Notes under the pieces: generated by a model
Told to the model about the DNA's origin: nothing
Database searches by the model: none
Seen by the model: the letters and a program-made list of their open reading frames with translations, nothing else
DNA from: Nitrosopumilus sp.
GTDB taxonomy: Archaea; Thermoproteota; Nitrososphaeria; Nitrososphaerales; Nitrosopumilaceae
Assembly: GCA_965197525.1 (NCBI GenBank)
Contig: OZ240211.1
Span: 896,001-960,000 of the forward strand
DNA length: 64,000 bases
Direction of reading: 5' to 3'
Translations under genes and position numbers: made by a program
Part shown: positions 41,217-50,759 of the stretch, piece by piece
Position numbering within the stretch: the first letter of the stretch is position 1
Layout of the letters: each line of letters starts with the position of its first letter

Positions 41217-42299
41217 GAGTGACGTCAAAAAGTCTTTGCAATTTTCAAAAACACTAGAAACATTTATAGCTTGAAGCATTTACTGCCCATCGTGAAAAAC
41301 CAGAATGTGGAATTAATGTGTGTCTACAAGAGGGAATTAAACCCAAAAGCAAAAGAACGGATGCTTGCAGTGTTAAATGTCATAGAGGAAGGCGAAACGA
41401 TTTCAATAATCGCACAGTTGTTTTACAAATCTTACAACACAATTAAAAATTTGGTTATGCGATTTAAAGAATTTGGAGTTGCAGGATTGTATGAAAAACC
41501 AAGATCCGGACGCCCGACAAAAATAGTAAATCATAAGATTACAGAATTTTTTGCAGGTGTTAAAAACGGTATTTTTCCAAAACAACTCGTACATAAAATA
41601 AAAAAAGATACAGGAGTAAAATACACCGAATCTGGAATACGTGACATACTGCGTCGTCATAACTTTACTCCAAAGGTACCAGGATTCCGCACACAAAAAC
41701 AAGGCATCTAGTGAACAGATGGAAGAGTGGCAAAAATCCCTGAAACGGTGGATTTCATGCGTAAAACGGGACGGTTTTGAGATGTATATACAGGATGAAA
41801 CAACTGATGCATGACTATGTCACAAAGCGCGGCCCATGGTCTCCGGTGGGTCAAAAAATATTCAGAGCATATTTTGGAGACATCGGAGACGTATAATTTA
41901 TGGTGCAATATCAGACTCACATCAATATTTTTTACAGAAAAAAAAATTCAACGGTTCGACATTTCTCAAATTTGTCAAAAAACTATTGGAACTATCTGAC
42001 AAGGTAGCCATTGTCATGGATGCAGCATCCCAACATAAAACAAAGACATTTAAAAAATTTGTAAAAGAAAACAGTTCTCGACTGCGAATAATGTATTTGC
42101 CTACAGGATGTCCTGAATTTAGTGCAATTGAAGAATGTTGGCACCAGTTAAAAATTCAACCTTTCATGTATGAACGCCATGAACATGTTAGCGAACGTGC
42201 ACGAGCCGCAATGAAATATCTAAGAACCGCTACATTCAATCAAAATATTGAACGGTATCTATTCAGAAAATCAATTGCAAAGACTTAATGACGCCACTC
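41217..42299 (+). mobile_element. IS630-family element, copy 3 (inverted relative to copies 1 and 2)
   Basis: Same 1083-bp unit, TIRs and TA duplication; a few substitutions. Confidence 0.95.
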
Positions 42300-42904
42300 T
42301 ATCAAAAAAGAGACAAGAAAACACATCTTTTACATTATGCATAATTTGTTAATAAATACATGCTTTAAATACATCTAAAATAATAATGGTTTAAAATTAT
42401 GAATATTGATGGACGTTATTTGTTTATTTTTAAAGTTAGGTTTTCGGATATGAAATAATTTGGGCGCCGTTGCATCAATGACAATTACTACAACAATAAT
42501 GAATCCAAACTCAATATCTTGTTCGTGATTTTATAATACATACACTTGTTAGTATCAAAATTGAAAATTATAGTCTTTTATATTTACACAGAGATCATAT
42601 GATGTTAGAAAATTGACAACATGGATTACAAATGTATTTGATATAATCAAAATAAATACATAGAGATGATAATAATCCAATTTATCATCAGATATTGTGT
42701 TAGAGCATTTTGCTGTGTACCATTCATACCTGCTTGTTGAGGCAGATGACATCAATATGCAGACTGCCTTCTTTGGTATCATGCTAAAGATATTTGACAG
42801 TATTAGTACAGAATATCAAGATATTCGTCCTAGATTGTTAATGGGGTCAGAGGTTTTAGTAGGTTAATCACAAATCATACAGCCACCGTCTCATCATACC
42901 CCAA

Positions 42905-43414
42905 CTATTCTACTAGATCAAGTAGTGTCTGTGCTTTATTTCTAATTTCTGGAGTAATATTCACTATAACCAAACCTTGATTTGGCTGACCGTACAAGAG
43001 AACGGCATTTTCAGGCGCATAAATGCATGCTGGAAGTACCAAAAGGTCCTCTTCGCCATTAACACAAAGTCTTACAGGTAATGCAGACGTGGTAAATGCT
43101 GCTTTTATAGCAGATATGCTTTGAGGAGTAATTGTCGCTGCAGGATTATCCACAGTTATCTCCGTTGGACCGTCAAATTTTGGAGGCTCCCGTGCTTTTC
43201 TCTTTTCGTAACCGTCAATGATTTGTAGCGACGGAATTATACCAAATGAAATCAGGTTTTCTGTAGTCCTATCACCAACTGAGATTACATATTGGCTCTC
43301 TGTAAAATGCTCTGTAAAATGTCTCAGAATACTAGATCTATCAACTTGATTACTAGGTAGTAAGACGCCTAGAGGAATCTTCAACTGCTCTCTTAAAGAA
43401 TCAGATATAGTCAC
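42905..43414 (-). CDS. GTP-dependent dephospho-CoA kinase (DUF359)
   Basis: SVGDRTT, VDNPAATI, GEEDLLVLP and YGQPNQG motifs. Confidence 0.9.
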   Translation of the reverse strand: MTISDSLREQLKIPLGVLLPSNQVDRSSILRHFTEHFTESQYVISVGDRTTENLISFGIIPSLQIIDGYEKRKAREPPKFDGPTEITVDNPAATITPQSISAIKAAFTTSALPVRLCVNGEEDLLVLPACIYAPENAVLLYGQPNQGLVIVNITPEIRNKAQTLLDLVE

Positions 43415-43434
43415 AGGAATCCATATTACTTGGG

Positions 43435-44574
43435 TTAGTTAGGAACAGAGGGAGACGGAGGCGAGGAAGAGGCAGAAGACGGAACAGGTTCTTCATCAGA
43501 TGTGTCAGCAGCCATCTCTTCTTGAAGTTTTGCTGCAAGAATACTGCACTGAGCTGCAATATTTTTGGCGCTATTTCTAAAAGCAACAGCGCTTGGCGAA
43601 TCAGCATTTGTAATCATAATCGGTTTACCAATATCAGAACCTTCCATGATTCCAGAGTTTAACGGAATCTCACCTAAGAAGGGCATGCCAAACTGCGCAC
43701 TAATCTTCTTTGCGCCACCCTGACCAAATATGTAATGCTTGTTATTGCAATCAGGACAGATAAAGTGACTCATATTTTCAACAACCCCGATGATTGGAAC
43801 GTTTAGCTTGTCAAACATGGATACAGCCTTGACTGCAACATTACTTGCGACATCCTGCGGAGTTGTGATAACAAGTATTCCGGTAATCGGAATGGTTTGC
43901 GCAAGGGTTAATGGAATATCACCTGTTCCAGGGGGCAAATCAACTATAAGATAATCCAAGTTGGACCAGTTTGTATCAACTAGAAATTGTTTTAAGATTC
44001 CAGATATGATTGGACCACGATAGATGGCTGCTTGGTTTGACTGGTCTGCAAAGAAACCAAACGATACAACTTTGAGACCATCTACATCTGCGGGTTGGAG
44101 TTTGTTGTCATCAACTTCCATAGAACCGTCTGTTAACCCAAGCATCAAAGGAATGCTAGGACCGTAAATATCAGCATCAAGTAAACCAACCTTTGCTCCT
44201 GTCTGTTGTAGTGCCAGAGCAAGATTCAATGAGACGGTAGATTTTCCCACGCCACCTTTGCCGCTTGCAACACCAATGATGTTTTTAACAGATGCCATTC
44301 CAGTATCTTCATCAAGTGAACGACCTTCCATGACTTTGGCAGTAACGTTCATATCAAAATTTTTTAGTTCAGATATTTCACCAATTGCCTTTCTAACATC
44401 GTCCTCAATCTCTACATTAAATGGACATGCAGGAGTTGTCAATTCTAGCGTAAATTTCAGATTATTATCATTGAGCTCTAAATCTTTTATCATTCCCATA
44501 GACACGATATCTTTCTTTAAATCGGGATCAATTACAGTACTGAGTTTTTCTAAGACCTGATCAATTCCAACCAT
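43435..44574 (-). CDS. mrp: Mrp/ApbC/NBP35 Fe-S cluster carrier ATPase with N-terminal MIP18-like domain
   Basis: TTPACP, SGKGGVGKST, DADIYGPS, DLPPGTGD and ENMSHFICPDC motifs. Confidence 0.93.
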   Translation of the reverse strand: MVGIDQVLEKLSTVIDPDLKKDIVSMGMIKDLELNDNNLKFTLELTTPACPFNVEIEDDVRKAIGEISELKNFDMNVTAKVMEGRSLDEDTGMASVKNIIGVASGKGGVGKSTVSLNLALALQQTGAKVGLLDADIYGPSIPLMLGLTDGSMEVDDNKLQPADVDGLKVVSFGFFADQSNQAAIYRGPIISGILKQFLVDTNWSNLDYLIVDLPPGTGDIPLTLAQTIPITGILVITTPQDVASNVAVKAVSMFDKLNVPIIGVVENMSHFICPDCNNKHYIFGQGGAKKISAQFGMPFLGEIPLNSGIMEGSDIGKPIMITNADSPSAVAFRNSAKNIAAQCSILAAKLQEEMAADTSDEEPVPSSASSSPPSPSVPN

Positions 44575-44717
44575 TGCGTCAAAAAGTCAGTACGCTTTAT
44601 TTAAACATAAGTTAGATAGTGGAAAACCATCTTTTTTGAGAAAAAAATGATATTTTCAAGCATTAAAGCTAAAATTACCCAAAGATTCATAAATTCAAAT
44701 TCAAGGAAAACGTATAG

Positions 44718-45344
44718 TTGTTTTCTATATCTACCCTAGTTGATGTTGTAAGAATCCCTCCAAGCCTGTTTGGAACTACACTCAAAAAAGCGGCTGTAAA
44801 TATTCTCAAAGAAAAGTATGAAAGTATGATAAATGCAGAGCTGGGATACATAATTATGATTTTAGATGCCAAAGTAAACGAGATGGGAAAGATGGTTGCA
44901 GGTGACGGAGGAACGTTTCATAAGGTTGAGTTTGAGGCATTAACATTTTATCCAAAGTTACAAGAGATCGTTCAAGGAGAGATTGTAGACGTTACAGACT
45001 TTGGAGCATTTGTAAGAATTGGACCTACTGATGCATTATTACACTTGTCACAAGTTATGGATGATTACCTAAAGAGTGATGTAAAATCGGGAATGATTTT
45101 GGCCAATCAAAGCGGCAGAACACTCAAAGTTGGTTCTACACTCCGTGCAAGAATTACGGCAGTTTCGCTAGGAAAAGCTGCCGCAATGGGAAAGATTGGA
45201 ATCACATGCAGACAGCCATTTTTAGGAGCAGGCGAATGGATTAAAGAAGAGATAGAGAAAGCAGGCGGAAGTGGCGATGGTAGTGGTAATAAGGATAATA
45301 GTTCAGAACAATCAACTAAAAAAGACAAAGGAGATGCAGGGTAA
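44718..45344 (+). CDS. rpoE1: RNA polymerase subunit E' (Rpo7)
   Basis: S1 domain DFGAFVRIGPTDALLHLSQV. Confidence 0.95.
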   Translation: MFSISTLVDVVRIPPSLFGTTLKKAAVNILKEKYESMINAELGYIIMILDAKVNEMGKMVAGDGGTFHKVEFEALTFYPKLQEIVQGEIVDVTDFGAFVRIGPTDALLHLSQVMDDYLKSDVKSGMILANQSGRTLKVGSTLRARITAVSLGKAAAMGKIGITCRQPFLGAGEWIKEEIEKAGGSGDGSGNKDNSSEQSTKKDKGDAG

Positions 45345-45533
45345 ATGGCACGAGAGATGGCATGCCGTAAATGTAAATTTGTGACAGCTGGAAAGGTATG
45401 TCCGGTTTGCAAATCATCTGATTTGACGCCAGATTGGAATGGGATTGTACTAGTAGTTGACCCAACAAATTCAGAGATCTCAAAGACGTTAGGCATCACA
45501 AAAAAAGGCAAGTATGCAATCAAGGTAACATAA
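45345..45533 (+). CDS. spt4: transcription elongation factor Spt4 (RpoE'')
   Basis: ACRKC...CPVC...DWNG motif, directly after rpoE1. Confidence 0.93.
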   Translation: MAREMACRKCKFVTAGKVCPVCKSSDLTPDWNGIVLVVDPTNSEISKTLGITKKGKYAIKVT

Positions 45534-45575
45534 AAAAAAATATTTTAATCAAAGTTACACAAGTGTACTAACATT

Positions 45576-46394
45576 ATGAAAGAATTTAATTCAAAAAAAC
45601 AGTTACAAAAGTTTCTTGCAGAAGACATAGGAAGAGGCGACATTACGAGTGCGCTTTTAACGAAGAGAGAGACATCCGCTAGAATTATCTCAAGGGAAGA
45701 TGCAGTGATAGCAGGAGTCTCCTTTGTCAAAGAAATATTCGAATTAAATAGATGCAAGGTGCGTATTTTAAAAAAAGATGGTTCCAAAATAGAATCAGAC
45801 CAGACAATAATGACTATTTCAGGTAATGCAAAAAACATACTAGAATGCGAGAGAACCGCATTAAACCTATTGACAAGAATGAGCGGGATTGCAACACTGA
45901 CGAACCGTTTGGTAAAAAAAATTCCAAAGACAACAAAGCTGTATGCTACAAGAAAGACAGCTCCCGGATTGAGATACTTTGATAAAAGAGCAGTAGAGAT
46001 AGGAGGAGGAAACAGGCATAGACTTCGATTAGACGAGATGGTAATGATAAAAGACAATCATATTGCAGTAGAGGGATCCATGATAGCGTTAATTGAAAAA
46101 GCAAAAAAACGATACAAAAAATTCGAGGTAGAGGTAGAGAGTATCACAGATGCCGTTGCTGCAGCACAGAGAGGTGCAACAGTTATTATGCTAGATAATT
46201 TTTCGCCTGCACGAATTAAAAAGACGATAAAGATTCTCAAAGAACAGAAACTACGAAACAAAGTAATGCTTGAAGCTTCAGGAGGAATCAACTATAAGAA
46301 TATCTCCAGATATGCACAAACAAAAGTGGACATAATCTCAGTTGGGAGTATTACAAATTCCGTAAAAGGAATTGATATGAGTTTGGAGATCTAA
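45576..46394 (+). CDS. nadC: nicotinate-nucleotide pyrophosphorylase (carboxylating)
   Basis: EDIGRGDITS, ATRKTAPG, MIKDNHI and MLDNF motifs. Confidence 0.95.
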   Translation: MKEFNSKKQLQKFLAEDIGRGDITSALLTKRETSARIISREDAVIAGVSFVKEIFELNRCKVRILKKDGSKIESDQTIMTISGNAKNILECERTALNLLTRMSGIATLTNRLVKKIPKTTKLYATRKTAPGLRYFDKRAVEIGGGNRHRLRLDEMVMIKDNHIAVEGSMIALIEKAKKRYKKFEVEVESITDAVAAAQRGATVIMLDNFSPARIKKTIKILKEQKLRNKVMLEASGGINYKNISRYAQTKVDIISVGSITNSVKGIDMSLEI

Positions 46395-46783
46395 GTGTCC
46401 AGTTCTGCCAACAAGGCAAGAACTGCCTTATTTTTAGGATCAATCTCTTGAATTTTTTTACAGCATTTGACAGCTTTGCTGTTCTCAGATAACTTTTGAT
46501 GGGCATACGCCTTTAGCAACAATACATCAATGTCGTAAGACCCGATTGCAAGTGCTTTATCAAAATAAGAGATTGCGGTTCTGTACTGGTTTTTCATATA
46601 GTATATGCCGCCTACGGTAAACAAGACGTCATGATTGTTAGGAACTTTTTGTAGATATGCTGTGCCTAATTTCAAGGCCTCTGGATATTGTTTCTTCCGG
46701 ACTAGTCTTTTCACCTCTTTTAGTGTTTTGATGTTCTTCTTTAGTTGAGGATCTTTAGGGGATCTAGAGAATAATCCAGTCAT
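46391..46783 (-). CDS. TPR-repeat protein
   Basis: TPR-like helical repeats. Confidence 0.75.
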   Translation of the reverse strand: MTGLFSRSPKDPQLKKNIKTLKEVKRLVRKKQYPEALKLGTAYLQKVPNNHDVLFTVGGIYYMKNQYRTAISYFDKALAIGSYDIDVLLLKAYAHQKLSENSKAVKCCKKIQEIDPKNKAVLALLAELDT

Positions 46784-46801
46784 ATCTACAAAACACGGTA
46801 A

Positions 46802-47782
46802 TTAACTAATGGCAAGCATTCTGTCAATTGCCAGACGGGCCTTAGATGCAATCTCTTTAGGAACAGTAACTATATTTTTTTCATTGACTAGTGTATCATA
46901 TACCTTCTCCAATGTGATCATCTTCATGTACTGGCATTCTGCCTTATCTGATGCAGGAACAAATGTTTTGGTAGGATTTTGTTGTCTCATCTTGTAGAGT
47001 ATTCCAGTTTCAGTAGCAACGACAAAACGAGAAGATTTTGACTGACTGACATGATTAAGCATGCCTTCAGTTGAGAGAATTGATACTTTGTGATTATCAA
47101 AACTGCCGTCTGCTACATCGTACATCAGTGGCGTGGTACAACTGCATTCAGGATGAATAACGAATTCGGTATCGCGCATTTCATCCAATTTTTTAGTCAC
47201 GTCTTCAGGAGTGATCCCTGCATGAACATGGCATTCACCTGCCCAAATGTGCATGTTTTTTCTGCCAGTCATCTTTGCAACATATGCACCAAGAAACATG
47301 TCAGGCAAAAACAAGATCTCTTTGTTCTCTGGAATTGCTTTGATGACATTTACGGCATTTGATGAAGTACAACAATAGTCGAGTTCTGCTTTGATCTCTG
47401 CTGTAGTGTTAACATAGCCTACTGATATGGCATCAGGATGCTGCGCTTTCCAATTTCGTAACTCGCCTACTGTAATTGAGTCAGATAGTGAACATCCCGC
47501 ATCTAGATCAGGCAGTAACACCTTTTTCTCAGGACTGATTATAGCAGCAGTCTCTGCCATGAAATTTACACCACAAAATAAGATTGTCTTTTGACTCACA
47601 GTAGCTGCCTGTCTTGATAGACCTAGAGAATCACCTGTAAAATCAGCGATATCTTGAACATCGGGAATCTGATAGTTGTGTGCCAAGATTACCACATCTT
47701 TCTCTTTTTTAAGTCGCATGATCTCGTCTTTGAGGTTTAATGGCGATGAGGATGAAGGTGGTGGTTGTACTAGCATAAGCAA
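46802..47782 (-). CDS. nadA: quinolinate synthase A
   Basis: LAHNYQ, FCGVNFMAETA, AGCSL, CHVH and HPEC motifs. Confidence 0.96.
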   Translation of the reverse strand: MLMLVQPPPSSSSPLNLKDEIMRLKKEKDVVILAHNYQIPDVQDIADFTGDSLGLSRQAATVSQKTILFCGVNFMAETAAIISPEKKVLLPDLDAGCSLSDSITVGELRNWKAQHPDAISVGYVNTTAEIKAELDYCCTSSNAVNVIKAIPENKEILFLPDMFLGAYVAKMTGRKNMHIWAGECHVHAGITPEDVTKKLDEMRDTEFVIHPECSCTTPLMYDVADGSFDNHKVSILSTEGMLNHVSQSKSSRFVVATETGILYKMRQQNPTKTFVPASDKAECQYMKMITLEKVYDTLVNEKNIVTVPKEIASKARLAIDRMLAIS

Positions 47783-47944
47783 TAAAAAATTGCGTTTGTG
47801 GGAATTTAAAGAGTAGGAAATTGTCTAAAAATATCTAAAAATCATGTAAATGTGGCAATTATTGCCATTTACGGTTCTGTGAAGTTATCGGGGGTTATCT
47901 GTCAATCCCTAAAATGTATAAACCTCTAAACCGTAAGATATTCG

Positions 47945-49138
47945 TTGAGAGCGATAAAGTCAATATCACAGAAATATACGCCAAACTCTGATCTAATGGA
48001 TATGATGGCTATATTCACAAAGATGGTCAATCATTGCATCAAGACAGGATTGAAAGAAGACACTCACAATATGAAGAGGTTGTCCATGTTATGTTATCAT
48101 GAATTACGTAATTATGACATCCTGTCTTCATACAAACTAAATGCAATATCACGAGCTGCAGGCATATTATCAAACAGAAAACAATCAATCAAACGAGGTG
48201 TCAGAATAAGAGACCCAATAGTCAAAAATCCCTTTATGACAAACTGTTACGGTATACAACACAGCGGTGCACTATTAACAATCCCATACAAGAAACATAA
48301 CCCAATCAACATTTTACTCAACGTTCACACCCAAAAAATCCTATCTGATCCCGCCTTGACGGTGCGCTCGTTTTCATTGACTGCTCTGAACATCAGTCTT
48401 TGTGTTTCAAAAACAGTACAAGAGATAGAGTGCACCAATCAAGTGGGAATAGACAGAAACCTAAGAAATGTGACGTGTGGGAACAAGCAAGAGGTGACAG
48501 TCTACAAGACAAACAAACTGTTATCCATAAAGGAGAACACAATACACGCTAGGGCAGGATTCCACAGAAATGATCGCAGAAAGAAAGGTCAATTCTGGAA
48601 ACAAAGACAGAGACGAATGAGCAATAGAACAAAGCAGTACATCCACAGAATCTCAAAGGATATGGTATACAACGCAGTCAAAAACAAGACTGCAATCGTC
48701 ATGGAAAACCTGAAAGGAATAAGAAAATTGTACCGAAAAGGAAACAGTCAAGGTAACAAGTACAGGCGTAGATTGAACGGGTGGCAATTCTACGAGTTAC
48801 AACGCCAAATAGAATACAAAGCCCAATGGGTAGGGCTGCCTCCAGTCAAGACAGTAGACCCAGGAAACACGAGCACGCAGTGTCCACGATGCGGAAAGAG
48901 ACTCCAAGAGGACATGCAACAACATCGTAAAATGTCGTGTAATAATTGCGGTTTGTTTATGGACAGGGATATTATTGCTGCCATGAACATATCACGCAAG
49001 CTGCCCCCTAGGTTTAGGGGTAGTAGAGATGACATAGATGAAGCGCAGTCCGGCACTTTTGAGCAGGCGATGACGGAACCCGGCACACCATTGGTAATCC
49101 GAATAGTCGATATGTCAAAGTCAAGTTATAGGGGTTAA
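47945..49138 (+). CDS. tnpB: TnpB RNA-guided endonuclease
   Basis: RuvC-I GIDRN, RuvC-II MENL, Zn finger CPRC/CNNC, RuvC-III DRDIIAAMNI; stop lies within the right TIR. Confidence 0.95.
   Translation: MRAIKSISQKYTPNSDLMDMMAIFTKMVNHCIKTGLKEDTHNMKRLSMLCYHELRNYDILSSYKLNAISRAAGILSNRKQSIKRGVRIRDPIVKNPFMTNCYGIQHSGALLTIPYKKHNPINILLNVHTQKILSDPALTVRSFSLTALNISLCVSKTVQEIECTNQVGIDRNLRNVTCGNKQEVTVYKTNKLLSIKENTIHARAGFHRNDRRKKGQFWKQRQRRMSNRTKQYIHRISKDMVYNAVKNKTAIVMENLKGIRKLYRKGNSQGNKYRRRLNGWQFYELQRQIEYKAQWVGLPPVKTVDPGNTSTQCPRCGKRLQEDMQQHRKMSCNNCGLFMDRDIIAAMNISRKLPPRFRGSRDDIDEAQSGTFEQAMTEPGTPLVIRIVDMSKSSYRG
49001..49122 (+). ncRNA. putative omegaRNA scaffold overlapping the tnpB 3' end
   Basis: Nucleotide conservation with 57272-57390 after RuvC-III, including a CCCTA-GGTT-TAGGG hairpin, ends abruptly after GTCGATATGTCAAAGTC; boundaries approximate. 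Confidence 0.6.
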
Positions 49139-49164
49139 CTCCCGATAACTTCACAGAACCCCAT

Positions 49165-49986
49165 TTACGTACCAATAGTGATATCATCTGTGCAGTATCG
49201 TCTCAGAGTTTCGATTGCAGACAGGATAGCCAGCCTGCTAGTCTTAGGATTTAGAGAATCAGGATAGTTTTCAATGGTAAAAATCATCGCACCAAATTTG
49301 CCTTTAGCCTGTATATGATGAGTATTTTTTGTAGAATCCGGATCTGCTACTATCTTTACAAACGTCTTTTCACTGCCAATTCCAGATAGTGATAATAGTG
49401 CTGCAACGTTAATGTTGGCAGGAAACAAATGTACTGCCTCTTTGGCAGCACCCTGAAAGATTGTCGTTGGTGTAGATATAGAGTCCAAGTCCATAGGACA
49501 TTTCTCAAAGAACTTTGCACCTTTAAGAGAACGAGGATGTTTGGTAGTGGTTATTGACAAAGTCTCCAGCTCTGATTTGACTGATTTGATCCCATCCAAT
49601 CCGGCAATAGCCCCTGATGGTAAAATTATTCTTTTCTTAAAATCCCTACAAGCATCAGACAGTATATCATAGACTGACTCGTCTAGCAATGCACCAACGC
49701 TCATAATCATTAGATCACGCTTGTTTTGCAAAACACTTAGTGCAACATCGCGTACGGCATCTTGAGATGCGGCCTCAACTACAATGTTGAGTGGATGGGA
49801 GGACAGTAAATGAGAGTTTTCAACAATTTCAGGTTTGTTTACTAGTTTTTCAACCAAAGACGTAGATGCCTCTTTTGAATCATCATATACATGGGTAATT
49901 ATTGCTGCTGGGATTTTACCAGAGTCAACTGCAAGAGCTATCTGGGTTCCAATTGCACCGCATCCTAAGAGGCCTATTCGTATCAA
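49165..49986 (-). CDS. nadX: L-aspartate dehydrogenase
   Basis: GCGAIG, VVEAASQ, LPSGAIAG, FPANINVAA and NPKTS motifs; stop codon lies inside the TSD. Confidence 0.93.
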   Translation of the reverse strand: MIRIGLLGCGAIGTQIALAVDSGKIPAAIITHVYDDSKEASTSLVEKLVNKPEIVENSHLLSSHPLNIVVEAASQDAVRDVALSVLQNKRDLMIMSVGALLDESVYDILSDACRDFKKRIILPSGAIAGLDGIKSVKSELETLSITTTKHPRSLKGAKFFEKCPMDLDSISTPTTIFQGAAKEAVHLFPANINVAALLSLSGIGSEKTFVKIVADPDSTKNTHHIQAKGKFGAMIFTIENYPDSLNPKTSRLAILSAIETLRRYCTDDITIGT

Positions 49987-50053
49987 ACAATACTATTAGA
50001 GAAATGGGGTTATTAATAATTCACCCAAGTAGAAATGCGCTCCAACGTGGATA

Positions 50054-50620
50054 TCAACGTGGTTTTGGATTATGCTTGAGTGAGGGTCGGGCATGTTTTT
50101 TTAATACATATTCTGTAGTTTGTAATAGTGTTTGAGTTTGAGGATAGGATGTATCTTCAAGAAGACCGTCTTTGATTGCTGAGAGATAACGTCTATGGGG
50201 TTTGATTATTCGTGATTTTTTTGATGCTGATACATCACTATAGTTTTTTAGATCACTCAGGTCAGCTGAGATATCACATAGTTTGACTAATTTGGCAGCA
50301 GGAGAGGATTTTGCAAGTTGTTTTACATAGGCCTGCTCTCTCTTTTTTCTTGGTAATGACATGTCTTGAGTCAAATCAGATACCAATACCGTGATTTTGC
50401 TACCAAACTGCTCATACAGATCATCAAAACTGGTATTAGTGTGATACAGGATAGCGTGTAGCCAGCCAGAACAAAGGACATCTTCATCTACAACACCCAA
50501 ACTCTTAAGCCTGTTTACCACATCTTCCAGATGCTTAGAATAAGGAGTTTTTCCATCTATCGTGGTAATTCCAGAGTATCTCTTTTTTGCAAATAATTCA
50601 GCGCTTTTTAATAACTCCAA
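50054..50620 (-). CDS. HD-domain (RelA/SpoT hydrolase-like, Mesh1-type) protein
   Basis: PYSKH...WLHA...KLVKLCD; the canonical HD reads HA here. Confidence 0.7.
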   Translation of the reverse strand: MELLKSAELFAKKRYSGITTIDGKTPYSKHLEDVVNRLKSLGVVDEDVLCSGWLHAILYHTNTSFDDLYEQFGSKITVLVSDLTQDMSLPRKKREQAYVKQLAKSSPAAKLVKLCDISADLSDLKNYSDVSASKKSRIIKPHRRYLSAIKDGLLEDTSYPQTQTLLQTTEYVLKKHARPSLKHNPKPR

Positions 50621-50759
50621 ACTTCTAACATGTAAAATACAGCTAGGTAATATTATGTTAGAGAAGAGTCAAGGTAGTAGAATCAACCCAGCAGTAAAAT
50701 AATTGATAGTCAACAGGCTGCTGCTGTTTGTGGTTTGGTTACAGCAGAAGAAGAAATAT

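Larger units (their letters stand above)
47873..49160 (+). mobile_element. non-autonomous tnpB element with IS6-type TIRs (1288 bp)
   Basis: TIR GGTTCTGTGAAGTTATCGGG (20 bp perfect, 24/25 extended); exact TSD CCATTTAC at 47865-47872 and 49161-49168. Confidence 0.95.

Noticed and set aside
47945-49138. TnpB as a nuclease-dead TldR-like regulator or a Cas12 effector
   Set aside because: All three RuvC acidic residues are present in both copies, and there is no CRISPR array or cas gene nearby.
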